A stretch of 64,000 nucleotides of DNA from positions 193 to 64,192 of the forward strand of contig DATDTA010000145.1 in the NCBI GenBank assembly GCA_035291085.1, read 5' to 3'. How positions within the stretch are numbered: position 1 is the first letter of the stretch; every line of letters starts with the position of its first letter. The translations under genes were made by a program, and so were the position numbers. The notes below the pieces were generated by a model, which was given only the letters and a program-made list of their open reading frames with translations, was not told the origin of the DNA and did not search any database. Of this stretch, positions 28,349 to 37,471 are shown piece by piece. The DNA is from Candidatus Nanoarchaeia archaeon. GTDB lineage: Archaea > Nanobdellota > Nanobdellia > Woesearchaeales > GW2011-AR9.

Positions 28349-29629
28349 ATGATAAAAAAAGTGTGTATTATTGGTTTAGGGTATGTAGGTCTTCCCTTGG
28401 CTTGTTTAGCTGCTAGAAAAGGCTATTCCGTTACTGGCTTGGAAATCAACACGAAAAATGTTGAACTGCTAAGAGCAGGAACCTGCCACATTAAAGATGA
28501 ATTCTTACAAAAAGAAGTCCAGGAGTTACAAGGAATACTGCAAGTAACGGATGATCCCTCGACAGCACTTCCTTCTGCAGACATTATCATCATTTGCGTT
28601 CCAACACCTGTAGATCACAAATTTCTTCCTAACCTCGAATATGTCGAATCTGCTGGAAGGAGCATTGCTCAACACCTCCGACCGGGACAGATTATCGTTT
28701 TAGAGTCAACCGTTAATCCAGGGACAACAGAGGAGACGTTACAACCCATATTAGAACAATCAAGCCTACAAGCTGGAAAAGATTTTCACCTTGTTCATTG
28801 CCCTGAACGGATCGATCCCGGAAACAAAAAATGGGGCCTGCACAATATTCCGCGAGTTCTCGGATCATCAACTCCGGAAGGAGCAACAGCAGCAAAACAA
28901 TTTTATGCTTCTATCGTCAATGCAGATATCCTGATTCTTAAAGGACTCAAAGAAGCAGAAGCAACTAAGATTATGGAAAATTCCTTTCGGGATGTCAACA
29001 TTGCTTTCATGAATGAAATGGCCAAATCCTTTGACAAAGCGGGTATTGATGTTACCGAAGTAATCAGGGGAGCCTCTACCAAACCCTTTGCTTTCCTACC
29101 TCACTATCCTGGCTGCGGCGTAGGAGGTCATTGCATTCCCGTAGACCCATATTATTTAATTGAGGGAGCAAAAAAATTCCATTTTGAACATAAGTTTCTG
29201 GAATTAGCTAGAAAGATCAATAAAAGCATGCCCGAATACACTGTTTCATTGCTCGCAGAAGAATTAAACAAAATGGGCAAAAGCGTTAAAGGTTCCCTGA
29301 TCGGATTATACGGGGTAGCGTACAAAAAAGACGTTGATGATGCTCGGGAAAGTCCTTCCTTAGAAATTATGCGCTTGCTGCAGGAAAAAGGCGCTACGCT
29401 TTTTGTCTATGATCCCCATGCCAAACACAAAAATAATGTAACTGACTTTGAAGAATTCCTTAAACATGCGGATTACCTACTTATTGCTACGAACCATGCT
29501 GAATTCACCAATCTAGAATTGGAAAAATTAAAAGAGAATAATATCAAAATTATTGTCGACGGAAGAAACTGCTTGGATAAAGAAAAAATCCAAAGTTTAG
29601 GGATTGCCTATAAGGGGATTGGAAGGTAA
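28349..29629 (+). CDS. UDP-sugar 6-dehydrogenase family (WbpA/WecC-like UDP-GlcNAc/ManNAc dehydrogenase).
   Basis: MIKKVCIIGLGYVGLPLACLAARKGY (NAD-binding), catalytic Cys region GGHCIPVDP. Confidence 0.85.
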   Translation: MIKKVCIIGLGYVGLPLACLAARKGYSVTGLEINTKNVELLRAGTCHIKDEFLQKEVQELQGILQVTDDPSTALPSADIIIICVPTPVDHKFLPNLEYVESAGRSIAQHLRPGQIIVLESTVNPGTTEETLQPILEQSSLQAGKDFHLVHCPERIDPGNKKWGLHNIPRVLGSSTPEGATAAKQFYASIVNADILILKGLKEAEATKIMENSFRDVNIAFMNEMAKSFDKAGIDVTEVIRGASTKPFAFLPHYPGCGVGGHCIPVDPYYLIEGAKKFHFEHKFLELARKINKSMPEYTVSLLAEELNKMGKSVKGSLIGLYGVAYKKDVDDARESPSLEIMRLLQEKGATLFVYDPHAKHKNNVTDFEEFLKHADYLLIATNHAEFTNLELEKLKENNIKIIVDGRNCLDKEKIQSLGIAYKGIGR

Positions 29630-29644
29630 ATCAAAAAGTAAACT

Positions 29645-30568
29645 CTACTTTACCATAATTCTCCTATACTCGATCATCTTTCGTATTCCTTCTTCTAATC
29701 CTACTTTTGCTTCAAAGCCCAGAATATTTTTCGCCTTGCTGGTATCTGGAACCCTTCTGAAAATCTCTCGCTCTTTAGTTCTATCAGAATGTTCAAAGGG
29801 AACTAAAATTGGCCCTTCTTCCTTACCAGAAATCTTAAGCACTAACTGAGCAAGCTCTAAGATCGTGGTCTCAGAAGCAGCATTGCCGATGTTAAACACC
29901 TGTTTACTAGCCTGCTCGCTGAAGATAGCTTTTATTGTCGCCGCAGCAACATCCTCGACGTGAGTAAACGCCCGAATCTGTTTTCCATCGCCGTAGACTT
30001 GTAACGGCATATTATTCAAGACATTATGCACGAATTGGGGAACAACAAAATTATTCACCTGTAACGGCCCATAAACACCAAAGAAACGCAGGATGACATA
30101 ATCAAGATTGAATTTTTTGCTGAAAGCTTTGATGTATTCCTCACCGACCACTTTACTTGCTCCATATTCTGATTTCGGCTGAAATACTTCTTCCTCTTTT
30201 ATAGGAACTCGCAAGGCATCGCCATACACTTCTGATGAAGAAGAAAAAATAATTCTCTTAATATTTTTCGCCACACAGCAATCCAATACATTCCGTGTCC
30301 CGAGAATATTGACATCTAGACATTCCAACGGATTTCGCGTACTGTTAGCTACTCCTAAAAGAGCAGCAAAATGGACAACATATTCACAGCCGTCCATGGC
30401 CTGCAGGATGCTCTCCTGGTCAAGAATTGAACCATTAAAATGAGTAATTCCTTCTATCTTGATAGGATAAAGATCCAGAACATGAACTTTGTGCCCAGCT
30501 CGAAGCAGTTGTTTCACTACTTCATTGCCAATCATACCTGAACCACCTGTTACCAAAATAGTTGCCAC
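29645..30568 (-). CDS. NAD-dependent epimerase/dehydratase (extended SDR). Candidate 4,6-dehydratase or 4-epimerase.
   Basis: MATILVTGGSGMIGNEV, YGASK (YxxxK). Confidence 0.8.
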   Translation of the reverse strand: MATILVTGGSGMIGNEVVKQLLRAGHKVHVLDLYPIKIEGITHFNGSILDQESILQAMDGCEYVVHFAALLGVANSTRNPLECLDVNILGTRNVLDCCVAKNIKRIIFSSSSEVYGDALRVPIKEEEVFQPKSEYGASKVVGEEYIKAFSKKFNLDYVILRFFGVYGPLQVNNFVVPQFVHNVLNNMPLQVYGDGKQIRAFTHVEDVAAATIKAIFSEQASKQVFNIGNAASETTILELAQLVLKISGKEEGPILVPFEHSDRTKEREIFRRVPDTSKAKNILGFEAKVGLEEGIRKMIEYRRIMVK

Positions 30569-30914
30569 GTTCTTTTTCCAAAAAAAGCTGCCGAAAGCGT
30601 TTAAGAAACTTATGCAAGAATGATTTTGTTTTAGAGAGCTCTTCTTCCTAAATCTTTATATATCGACACTTCCAGCATCAGAACTATGGCCGAGAAGTCG
30701 CTAAAATCAATAATCAAGTTGTATCCTAAAAACACATTATATTCTCTGCTGGCGTATTTTCTGGACTTTACTGCCCGCCGCATCATTCGTCCGCAAAAAG
30801 CAGAGCTCGATATTTCCGAGTTCCGCTATGTTATGGATTAACTATTTATAGTGGGTATAGCAAAGAAACATTTAAATAAAGTTATTTGATTATCACTTCG
30901 TTTAGAGGTTCAGA

Positions 30915-33011
30915 ATGAAAAAGAAAGTTTTCCTGGCAGATTTAACGCATACTGGAAGGGGCATCCATGCTTCCACCTTCCCTTTAGGGATGTCCTTCGT
31001 CGCTAGTTATGCAAAGGAGCATCTCGGTGAAGATTATGAGATTAAGGTGTTCAAATTTCCAGACCATTTGTCTGCGGCTATAATTGAGGAATCACCGGAT
31101 TTTCTCTGCTTCTCTAATTATTCTTGGAATCTGGAATTAGGTTACAAAATCAGTTCGTTAGCCAAAGAGATAAATCCTAAGTTGATTGTTATCTCCGGCG
31201 GCCCCAATTTTCCCGTGTTGCCGTCAGAAAGGCGCGATTTCCTGAAGCGTCGCCCGGTCATAGACTTCTATTTCCAGAACGAAGGAGAAATTGGTTTTGT
31301 AGAGCTGATCAAGAAGCTGCAGGAAAATAATTTTGATATAGCCGCGCTGAAACAAAAGGCCGAGCCTATCACTAACTGTGTTTATCTGTGGAGCGAAGAG
31401 CTCATTGAAGGGCCTTTCAAAAGAATTCTTGATCCTAACATCATTCCCTCGCCTTATTTATCAGGAATTCTGGACGCCTTTTTTGATCATCCCCTGACTC
31501 CCATGATTGAAACGACTCGAGGCTGCCCCTTTAGTTGTGCTTTCTGCGCCGACGGGATTATAACCAAAAGCAGGATCGCCCGCTTTGACCGAGAAAGGAC
31601 CAGGGAGGAATTAGATTATATTGTAAAGAGAATAAAAAATGTTGATGAATTGATCCTTACTGATCTAAATTTTGGCATGTACAAAGAAGATATACCCATT
31701 GCCGAGTACATTGCTGAAGTGCAGAAGAAGTATAATTGGCCTATCGTTATCGGCGCTTCGACCGGAAAAAACAACAAAGAACAGGTTCTCAAAGCGATTA
31801 CTATTCTGGGCGGTTCATTAGTGACCGGCGCAGCTATTCAATCCTCCGATCCGCAGGTGTTGAAAAACATTAAGCGGAGCAACATCTCTTTAGAAGCGTA
31901 CCGCGGCTTTCTAGATTTTGCTAATTCTTTTTCTAAGGATGCGGTTGCTTTCACTGAAATCATTTTGGCATTGCCGGGAGATTCAAAAGAAACGCACTTC
32001 AACTCCCTTCGCTATGGCATCGACAACGGCGCAAAAATATTAAGGATGTACCAGGCCATGCTGCTGAGCGGAACCGCCATGGCTTCAGGAGACATGCGCC
32101 AGGAATTCCAGTATCTCACTAAGTTTAGGGTCATCCCTGGCGGAGTAGGGATATACAATTTTAACGATAAGAGCTATCCTATCGCTGAAGTAGAAGAAAT
32201 AATCGTCGGCAGCAAAGATATGCCCTTTGAAGATTATATCGCCTGCCGCAAGATGAATTTGATCATTGAATCTTTTTTTAATAACGGCCTGTTCAGCGAA
32301 TTTTTTTCTGCACTTAAGATCATGAATGTTTCCGCATTTGATTGCTTGTTATATATCTTTGACCACCCCGAACTCTATACGCCTAAGATGAAAGAAATCT
32401 TCGCCAATTTTGTAGATGCTACCAGCGGAGATTTGTATAATACTTACGAAGAAGCTATGGAATACACCTCCCGGCCAGAAGTTCTCCAAAAATTCATCTC
32501 CGGAGAATTAGGAATCAACGAATTATTGGTGCATCGAGCCGAGTTATATCTTGAGCTTGACGATATCTCTCAAGTCTTACTTGCCTCGGCAACAAATTTC
32601 CTGCGCGAAAAAGGTTTATTGAACAATTGGGCCAAAAAATACCTTGAAGAGCTGATCAAGTTCAATACTCTCCGAAAGAAGAGTTTTTACAAATATGAAG
32701 ATACTCTTGAAGGGGAATTCAGTTATGACTTCAAGAGGTTAGAAGAATCTAATTTTGAGATTGATCCCCGTACGCTCCCGCCGGGTGCGAATTGGTCCAG
32801 CTTTAAATTTTATCACGATAACAGCCAAAAAAGCCATATTCAGAATGCTATGAACCTGTATCTCAATACCCCGAGCGGCATAGGGCGGCTCATCCAGCGT
32901 AGCAATTTAAAAAAAATGTACCGGAATTTTGATTATACCCACGCCATCCTTGATGTAAACATGGCCTCTTCCGGGGAGAAGATCACCTATGACGAAAAAA
33001 GCGTATGTTGA
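30915..33011 (+). CDS. B12-binding domain radical SAM enzyme (class B radical SAM, methyltransferase-like).
   Basis: N-terminal cobalamin-binding-like region, radical SAM motif TTRGCPFSCAFCADG (CxxxCxxC), and a long C-terminal extension (698 aa total). Confidence 0.8.
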   Translation: MKKKVFLADLTHTGRGIHASTFPLGMSFVASYAKEHLGEDYEIKVFKFPDHLSAAIIEESPDFLCFSNYSWNLELGYKISSLAKEINPKLIVISGGPNFPVLPSERRDFLKRRPVIDFYFQNEGEIGFVELIKKLQENNFDIAALKQKAEPITNCVYLWSEELIEGPFKRILDPNIIPSPYLSGILDAFFDHPLTPMIETTRGCPFSCAFCADGIITKSRIARFDRERTREELDYIVKRIKNVDELILTDLNFGMYKEDIPIAEYIAEVQKKYNWPIVIGASTGKNNKEQVLKAITILGGSLVTGAAIQSSDPQVLKNIKRSNISLEAYRGFLDFANSFSKDAVAFTEIILALPGDSKETHFNSLRYGIDNGAKILRMYQAMLLSGTAMASGDMRQEFQYLTKFRVIPGGVGIYNFNDKSYPIAEVEEIIVGSKDMPFEDYIACRKMNLIIESFFNNGLFSEFFSALKIMNVSAFDCLLYIFDHPELYTPKMKEIFANFVDATSGDLYNTYEEAMEYTSRPEVLQKFISGELGINELLVHRAELYLELDDISQVLLASATNFLREKGLLNNWAKKYLEELIKFNTLRKKSFYKYEDTLEGEFSYDFKRLEESNFEIDPRTLPPGANWSSFKFYHDNSQKSHIQNAMNLYLNTPSGIGRLIQRSNLKKMYRNFDYTHAILDVNMASSGEKITYDEKSVC

Positions 33012-33237
33012 TAAAGACATCTGCATCGGCTGCAGCGTCTGCACGGATACTTGTCCTGCCGTTTTTACAGTGAAAGAAGATCCCAATTATGCCAAAGATT
33101 TTAAAAGTTTCACCGATGATGAAGTTGATCAGGAACCTCTTGCCGGCAAGGTCCAGGAGGCTATCGATTCCTGTCCGGTGCAGTGTATAAGCTGGCGTGA
33201 AAAAAAAGACGATTCCGCAAAAGACAAAGAAAACTAA
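32989..33237 (+). CDS. Small [4Fe-4S] ferredoxin.
   Basis: CIGCSVCTDTCP (CxxCxxCxxxCP) plus a distal Cys-Pro. Overlaps the radical SAM gene end by 23 nt. Confidence 0.7.
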   Translation: MTKKAYVDKDICIGCSVCTDTCPAVFTVKEDPNYAKDFKSFTDDEVDQEPLAGKVQEAIDSCPVQCISWREKKDDSAKDKEN

Positions 33238-33285
33238 TTCTCTGTTCCAGAAGCCTTAAAAATATATCGGCCAGGGAGTTATGGT

Positions 33286-34221
33286 ATGATGATGGTCTCG
33301 ATACTTGGTAGCGTAGCCAGTTTGCTGGGATTAGAACTTCTGTTACGTAGCTGGCATTACCGAAAGAAAATTATAGCGTATGATCTTCAACATTATCCTT
33401 ATTACCGGCGGCCGCGAAACAGCTATGGGAAGGATATTTATTATGTCAGCCGTTTAGGAAAAAAAAACACCGCACCAATCAGGATTTCCAGCGAAGGGAT
33501 TCGCAATGATATTGCCGGCGAGAAAAGAAAACTTATTCTAGCTTTAGGGTGCTCAGTCACAGAGGGAGCCAGTCTAACTGAGGAAAAGACTTATCCAGGA
33601 ATACTGCAGAAATTTGTCGATGAAAAAGAATATGCAGTCATAAATGCTGGTATCGGTGGTTATGGGATCTTCCAGATCGAGGCACTGTTACATGATCTAA
33701 TTCGCTACCAGCCAAAAGCAGTGATGATACAACTTATTGACTTCAAGCGCATCCCCCTCAAGAAGGAGAAAATAAAAAAAACCGCAAGAATCTTACGCTT
33801 CAGCCAAAAGCTCAAGCAAACCAGTGTGTTGTTATGGCATTTATACAAGATAGTGTATGGTCGCAGGATAAGCAGAGTAAGATCTCCTTACATGATGCGC
33901 GGCCTTCTCCCAGAAGTGCTTTGGGAAAAAAACCTGCCCTATCTGGAAAGCATCCAGCAGCTCTGTTCCAGCCGGAAAATCCCGCTCATCTTTTTTATTT
34001 GGCCCAGTAAGGATCCGCAGTGGATGGACAACAGTTTTTTTCAGCAGAAGATAAAACAATTCTGTCATAAGGGAGCTCACACCTTCGACAGCAGGGAGAT
34101 GCTTCGTTTTTATAGAGAAGAAGAACTACATCTGAAGAACGATGCTCATCCCAGCGCTCTGGCTAATAGGTTAGTGGCAAAAGCAGCGTATGAGTGTTTG
34201 AAGAAGGAGTTGGTTGTGTAG
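33286..34221 (+). CDS. SGNH/GDSL-like hydrolase (esterase/acyltransferase fold) candidate.
   Basis: LILALGCSVTEG (GDS-like block with Ser) and a C-terminal NDAHPS (DxxH-like catalytic block). N-terminal signal/anchor. Confidence 0.45.
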   Translation: MMMVSILGSVASLLGLELLLRSWHYRKKIIAYDLQHYPYYRRPRNSYGKDIYYVSRLGKKNTAPIRISSEGIRNDIAGEKRKLILALGCSVTEGASLTEEKTYPGILQKFVDEKEYAVINAGIGGYGIFQIEALLHDLIRYQPKAVMIQLIDFKRIPLKKEKIKKTARILRFSQKLKQTSVLLWHLYKIVYGRRISRVRSPYMMRGLLPEVLWEKNLPYLESIQQLCSSRKIPLIFFIWPSKDPQWMDNSFFQQKIKQFCHKGAHTFDSREMLRFYREEELHLKNDAHPSALANRLVAKAAYECLKKELVV

Positions 34222-34348
34222 AGAAATTAGTTATAGAAAATCACTTTAATAATTGTAAGATTAGCTAGGCTAAAGTGATTTTCTTACATGAAATTAAGAA
34301 ACAACTTAATTTCAGTACTGAAAATAAACAAAGATTTATTTTCAGGTA

Positions 34349-34423
34349 TTAGGAAATAACTGTAGTAAAGATTTTCGTGAAACTACGAAAATTAAAGTTA
34401 TTTCCTATAGTTATTTCCTATAG
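34349..34423. repeat. Inverted repeat TAGGAAATAAC / GTTATTTCCTA plus a tandem duplication (2 x GTTATTTCCTATA) in a convergent intergenic region.
   Basis: Read directly. 34349-34360 pairs with 34397-34409, and the 13-nt unit repeats at 34397-34409 and 34410-34422. Confidence 0.6.
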
Positions 34424-34442
34424 TTTAAACTTTAACCGCCGT

Positions 34443-35333
34443 TTATTTCTTTTGTTTAAGAGGCATAACTCCTGCCAATTCGCCAATAACATTAACCAGC
34501 TCAGTGTTAGCAGGAATGACTATTTTTGCATTCCTTTGCAAAGAATTCTCTACCGTCTCCAGTTTTCTCAATAGCTGAGCATTTCCTACAAAATACTTTT
34601 CAGCAGATTCATTCACAAGTTTGATCGCCTCAGCTTGTCCCTGCGCTTCTAAGATTTTTGCTTGCCTAGTTCCTTCTGCTTCCTTGATCTTAGCTCTTCT
34701 GACACCATCTGCTTCAGTTTCCTTAGCTGTAGCAAAATCCTTAGCCGCAATTTTTTCGTTTTCAGCCTTTACTACTTTGTTCATAGTATCCTGAACATCT
34801 TTAGGAGGATCAATTTCTTTGAGTTCAGTCCTTACTACTTCTATGCCCCAATTTTTAGTCTCTTCTTTCAGAGTCATCATCAGTTCACGATTGATTTTAT
34901 CCCTCTCACTGTTAGCTGATTTTAGCGTTAAAGTTCCTATTATGTTTCTCAAGGTGGTTCTGGCGAGGTTTACGATTTGAGTCTTATATTCATAAACATT
35001 GTACAGCGCTGCTGCAACATTAGCTTCATCGGGTTTGACCCTAAAATAGACCTGAGCATCGACTCTCGCATTAAGGTTGTCATTAGTGATGATTTCCTGC
35101 GGTTCAGCGTCAACCATAGTTTCGGTGATATTGACTTTAAACAAACGATCAATCACCGGAATGATCCATTGGAATCCCGGTTTACAAAATTTCCTATACT
35201 TTCCTAAGCGTTCAATAACTGCTCGTTCGGTAGGTCTTACAATTCTGACACCAGCAAAAAAGATGACTACTGTTAGCACGATTAATACTTGCAGCCAGGT
35301 TGGCAGAGAAAGAATGAAAGATATGGATCCCAT
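34443..35333 (-). CDS. SPFH/band-7 (stomatin/prohibitin-like) membrane protein.
   Basis: N-terminal transmembrane helix, then ERAVIERLGKYRKFCKPGFQWIIPVIDR and a long coiled-coil Ala/Glu/Lys-rich C-terminus. Confidence 0.8.
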   Translation of the reverse strand: MGSISFILSLPTWLQVLIVLTVVIFFAGVRIVRPTERAVIERLGKYRKFCKPGFQWIIPVIDRLFKVNITETMVDAEPQEIITNDNLNARVDAQVYFRVKPDEANVAAALYNVYEYKTQIVNLARTTLRNIIGTLTLKSANSERDKINRELMMTLKEETKNWGIEVVRTELKEIDPPKDVQDTMNKVVKAENEKIAAKDFATAKETEADGVRRAKIKEAEGTRQAKILEAQGQAEAIKLVNESAEKYFVGNAQLLRKLETVENSLQRNAKIVIPANTELVNVIGELAGVMPLKQKK

Positions 35334-35403
35334 GAAATTGCTTAGTTATAGGGTAGTTTAAATGCTTTTTGGTGCAGAGTTACAAGTAGCGCTAAAATAA
35401 TCT

Positions 35404-37164
35404 TCAATCACTTGCCAACGCTTCACTATCCCACATATCTTCAAAGTTATCTGCCCGTTTAATCAGGAAATTGCCCATAACTAAATAATCGATGCCTGTC
35501 CCCATCATGCAATAATACGCATCCTTCGGCGTGCAGACAATAGGTTCTCCACGAATATTAAATGAAGTGTTAATCAAAATAGGAATTCTCGATAATTTCC
35601 CAAATTCCTTAATCAGATTATAATAGAGCTTATTCTGGTATCGTCGCACGGTCTGCAATCTTCCTGAACCATCAACGTGAGTAACTGCAGGAATCTTTGT
35701 ACGATATTGTTTCTTAATAGGATAGACCATCAACATAAAATCAGTCGGCAAAGGAATAGGGTTATCACATTCAAAATATTTCAGGGCATCATCTTCACAT
35801 ACTACTGGAGCAAAGGGCCGAAACTTCTCTCGATGTTTTACTTTAAGATTCAAGATCTCCTGCATATTTTTATTACAGGGGTTTGATAAAATACTTCTTG
35901 CTCCTAGAGCACGAGGACCCCATTCCATTTTTCCCTGGAACCAACCGATAACATTATTATCATAAATCAGTTTTGCTGTCTTCTTGACTAATTCCTTCTC
36001 GTCACGGAAAAGCGTATACCTAACAAAATGCGAATCAAGAAACTGTTTAATTTCATCATCCATGAATCCCGGCCCGAGATATGCGGTATCTTGCACATAC
36101 CGTTTCTTGTTCCCCAAAATCTGATGATACCCAAACAGAGCTGCCCCGATGGCATTACCTGCATCTCCTGCGGCCGGCTGAATATATATTCTCTTAAACG
36201 GCGTATTTTTCAAAATCTTTCCGTTAGCCACACTATTCAAAGCAACTCCGCCAGCAAGGCAAATATTCTCCTGTTTAGTTTCCTTCCATACATGGTTCAG
36301 TATTCTAAATAACACTTCTTCAGTCACTAACTGCACTGCCGCAGCAATATCTTTATGGCGCTGCGTAAGCGGTTCATCTTTTTTCCGTACTGCGCCGCCA
36401 AGCAACGTACAAAGCTTCACATTAGGCATTCTGGGCTTATAATGAAAATCAAAATACTGCATTCTAAGAGCAAAACTGCCGTCCTCTTTTAGATCAATAA
36501 CCCTTCGTAATCGATGGTAATACTCATTCTTTTCCTTAACCATCATTCCATACGGTGCTAAGCCCATCACTTTATATTCAGAATTATTGACGGTAAATCC
36601 AAGATAGGCAGTAATAGTACTGTACAACAATCCAATCGAATGAGGGAAATGAAGTTCTGCCAGCATATCCACCTTGTTGCCCTTTCCAACACCATAAGTA
36701 GTAGTAGCCCATTCTCCTACTCCATCCAAAGTAACAATAGCTGCTTCCTTGAAAGGAGAGGGAAAAAAACTGCTGGCCGCATGGGATTGGTGATGTTCAA
36801 TAAAATATATCCTTCCCTTATAGTCTAGCTTAAGTCGAATAGTCTGCTCCACCTTCAGCTTTTTCTTGGTCCAGGAAGGAAAGAACTTGGCAAAAGTGTG
36901 GAAAGAAAAAGGAGCCATCTGCAAATGCTGGTTCAAAATACGTTGAAATTTTAACAACGGTTTTTCGTAAAAGCAAATATGATCTAGCTCTACAGCAGTT
37001 ATGCCTGCTTCCTGCAAACAAAAATTAATTGCTTGTATAGGAAAATTATTATCGTGCTTTTTCCTGGTAAAACGCTCTTCCTCAGCCGCTGCGATTATTC
37101 TACCATCTTTAATTAAACAAGCTGCGGAATCGTGATAGTAACAAGAAATACCTAAAATGTACAT
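35404..37164 (-). CDS. NodU/CmcH-family carbamoyltransferase.
   Basis: MYILGISCYYHDSAACLIKDGRIIAAAEEERFTRKKHD (Kae1/HypF-like N-domain), then the YrdC-like C-domain. Length is 586 aa. Confidence 0.85.
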   Translation of the reverse strand: MYILGISCYYHDSAACLIKDGRIIAAAEEERFTRKKHDNNFPIQAINFCLQEAGITAVELDHICFYEKPLLKFQRILNQHLQMAPFSFHTFAKFFPSWTKKKLKVEQTIRLKLDYKGRIYFIEHHQSHAASSFFPSPFKEAAIVTLDGVGEWATTTYGVGKGNKVDMLAELHFPHSIGLLYSTITAYLGFTVNNSEYKVMGLAPYGMMVKEKNEYYHRLRRVIDLKEDGSFALRMQYFDFHYKPRMPNVKLCTLLGGAVRKKDEPLTQRHKDIAAAVQLVTEEVLFRILNHVWKETKQENICLAGGVALNSVANGKILKNTPFKRIYIQPAAGDAGNAIGAALFGYHQILGNKKRYVQDTAYLGPGFMDDEIKQFLDSHFVRYTLFRDEKELVKKTAKLIYDNNVIGWFQGKMEWGPRALGARSILSNPCNKNMQEILNLKVKHREKFRPFAPVVCEDDALKYFECDNPIPLPTDFMLMVYPIKKQYRTKIPAVTHVDGSGRLQTVRRYQNKLYYNLIKEFGKLSRIPILINTSFNIRGEPIVCTPKDAYYCMMGTGIDYLVMGNFLIKRADNFEDMWDSEALASD

Positions 37165-37428
37165 TTAATCTCGCCCCCCATAATTTAAATTTTTTTCCTT
37201 CAGCTTCCAATAACTTCCCTTTTTATGGCGCAGTCGCAGGAAATGCGCCCCACCTAACCGTAACAAAAAAGAGATTGGAGTAAGTACGCCATAGTAGAAT
37301 AAAACCAGCACGAGACAATTATATGCGCCTACAAACCCCTGATAGAATACCTGATAACGGTAGGTCTGCACTTCACCTCTCGCAAACTTCTTCCAGCGAC
37401 TTTTCCAACGACGATAAAATTGTTTCAT
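37165..37428 (-). CDS. Small basic membrane protein immediately downstream of the carbamoyltransferase.
   Basis: 87 aa with a hydrophobic core (LVLVLFYYGVLTPISFLL). Its stop abuts the carbamoyltransferase start. Small partner ORFs of this kind often accompany carbamoyltransferases. Confidence 0.35.
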   Translation of the reverse strand: MKQFYRRWKSRWKKFARGEVQTYRYQVFYQGFVGAYNCLVLVLFYYGVLTPISFLLRLGGAHFLRLRHKKGSYWKLKEKNLNYGGRD

Positions 37429-37471
37429 AAGACTTTACCTAGGCAGTTATTTTTAAACTTTTCTTATCAAT

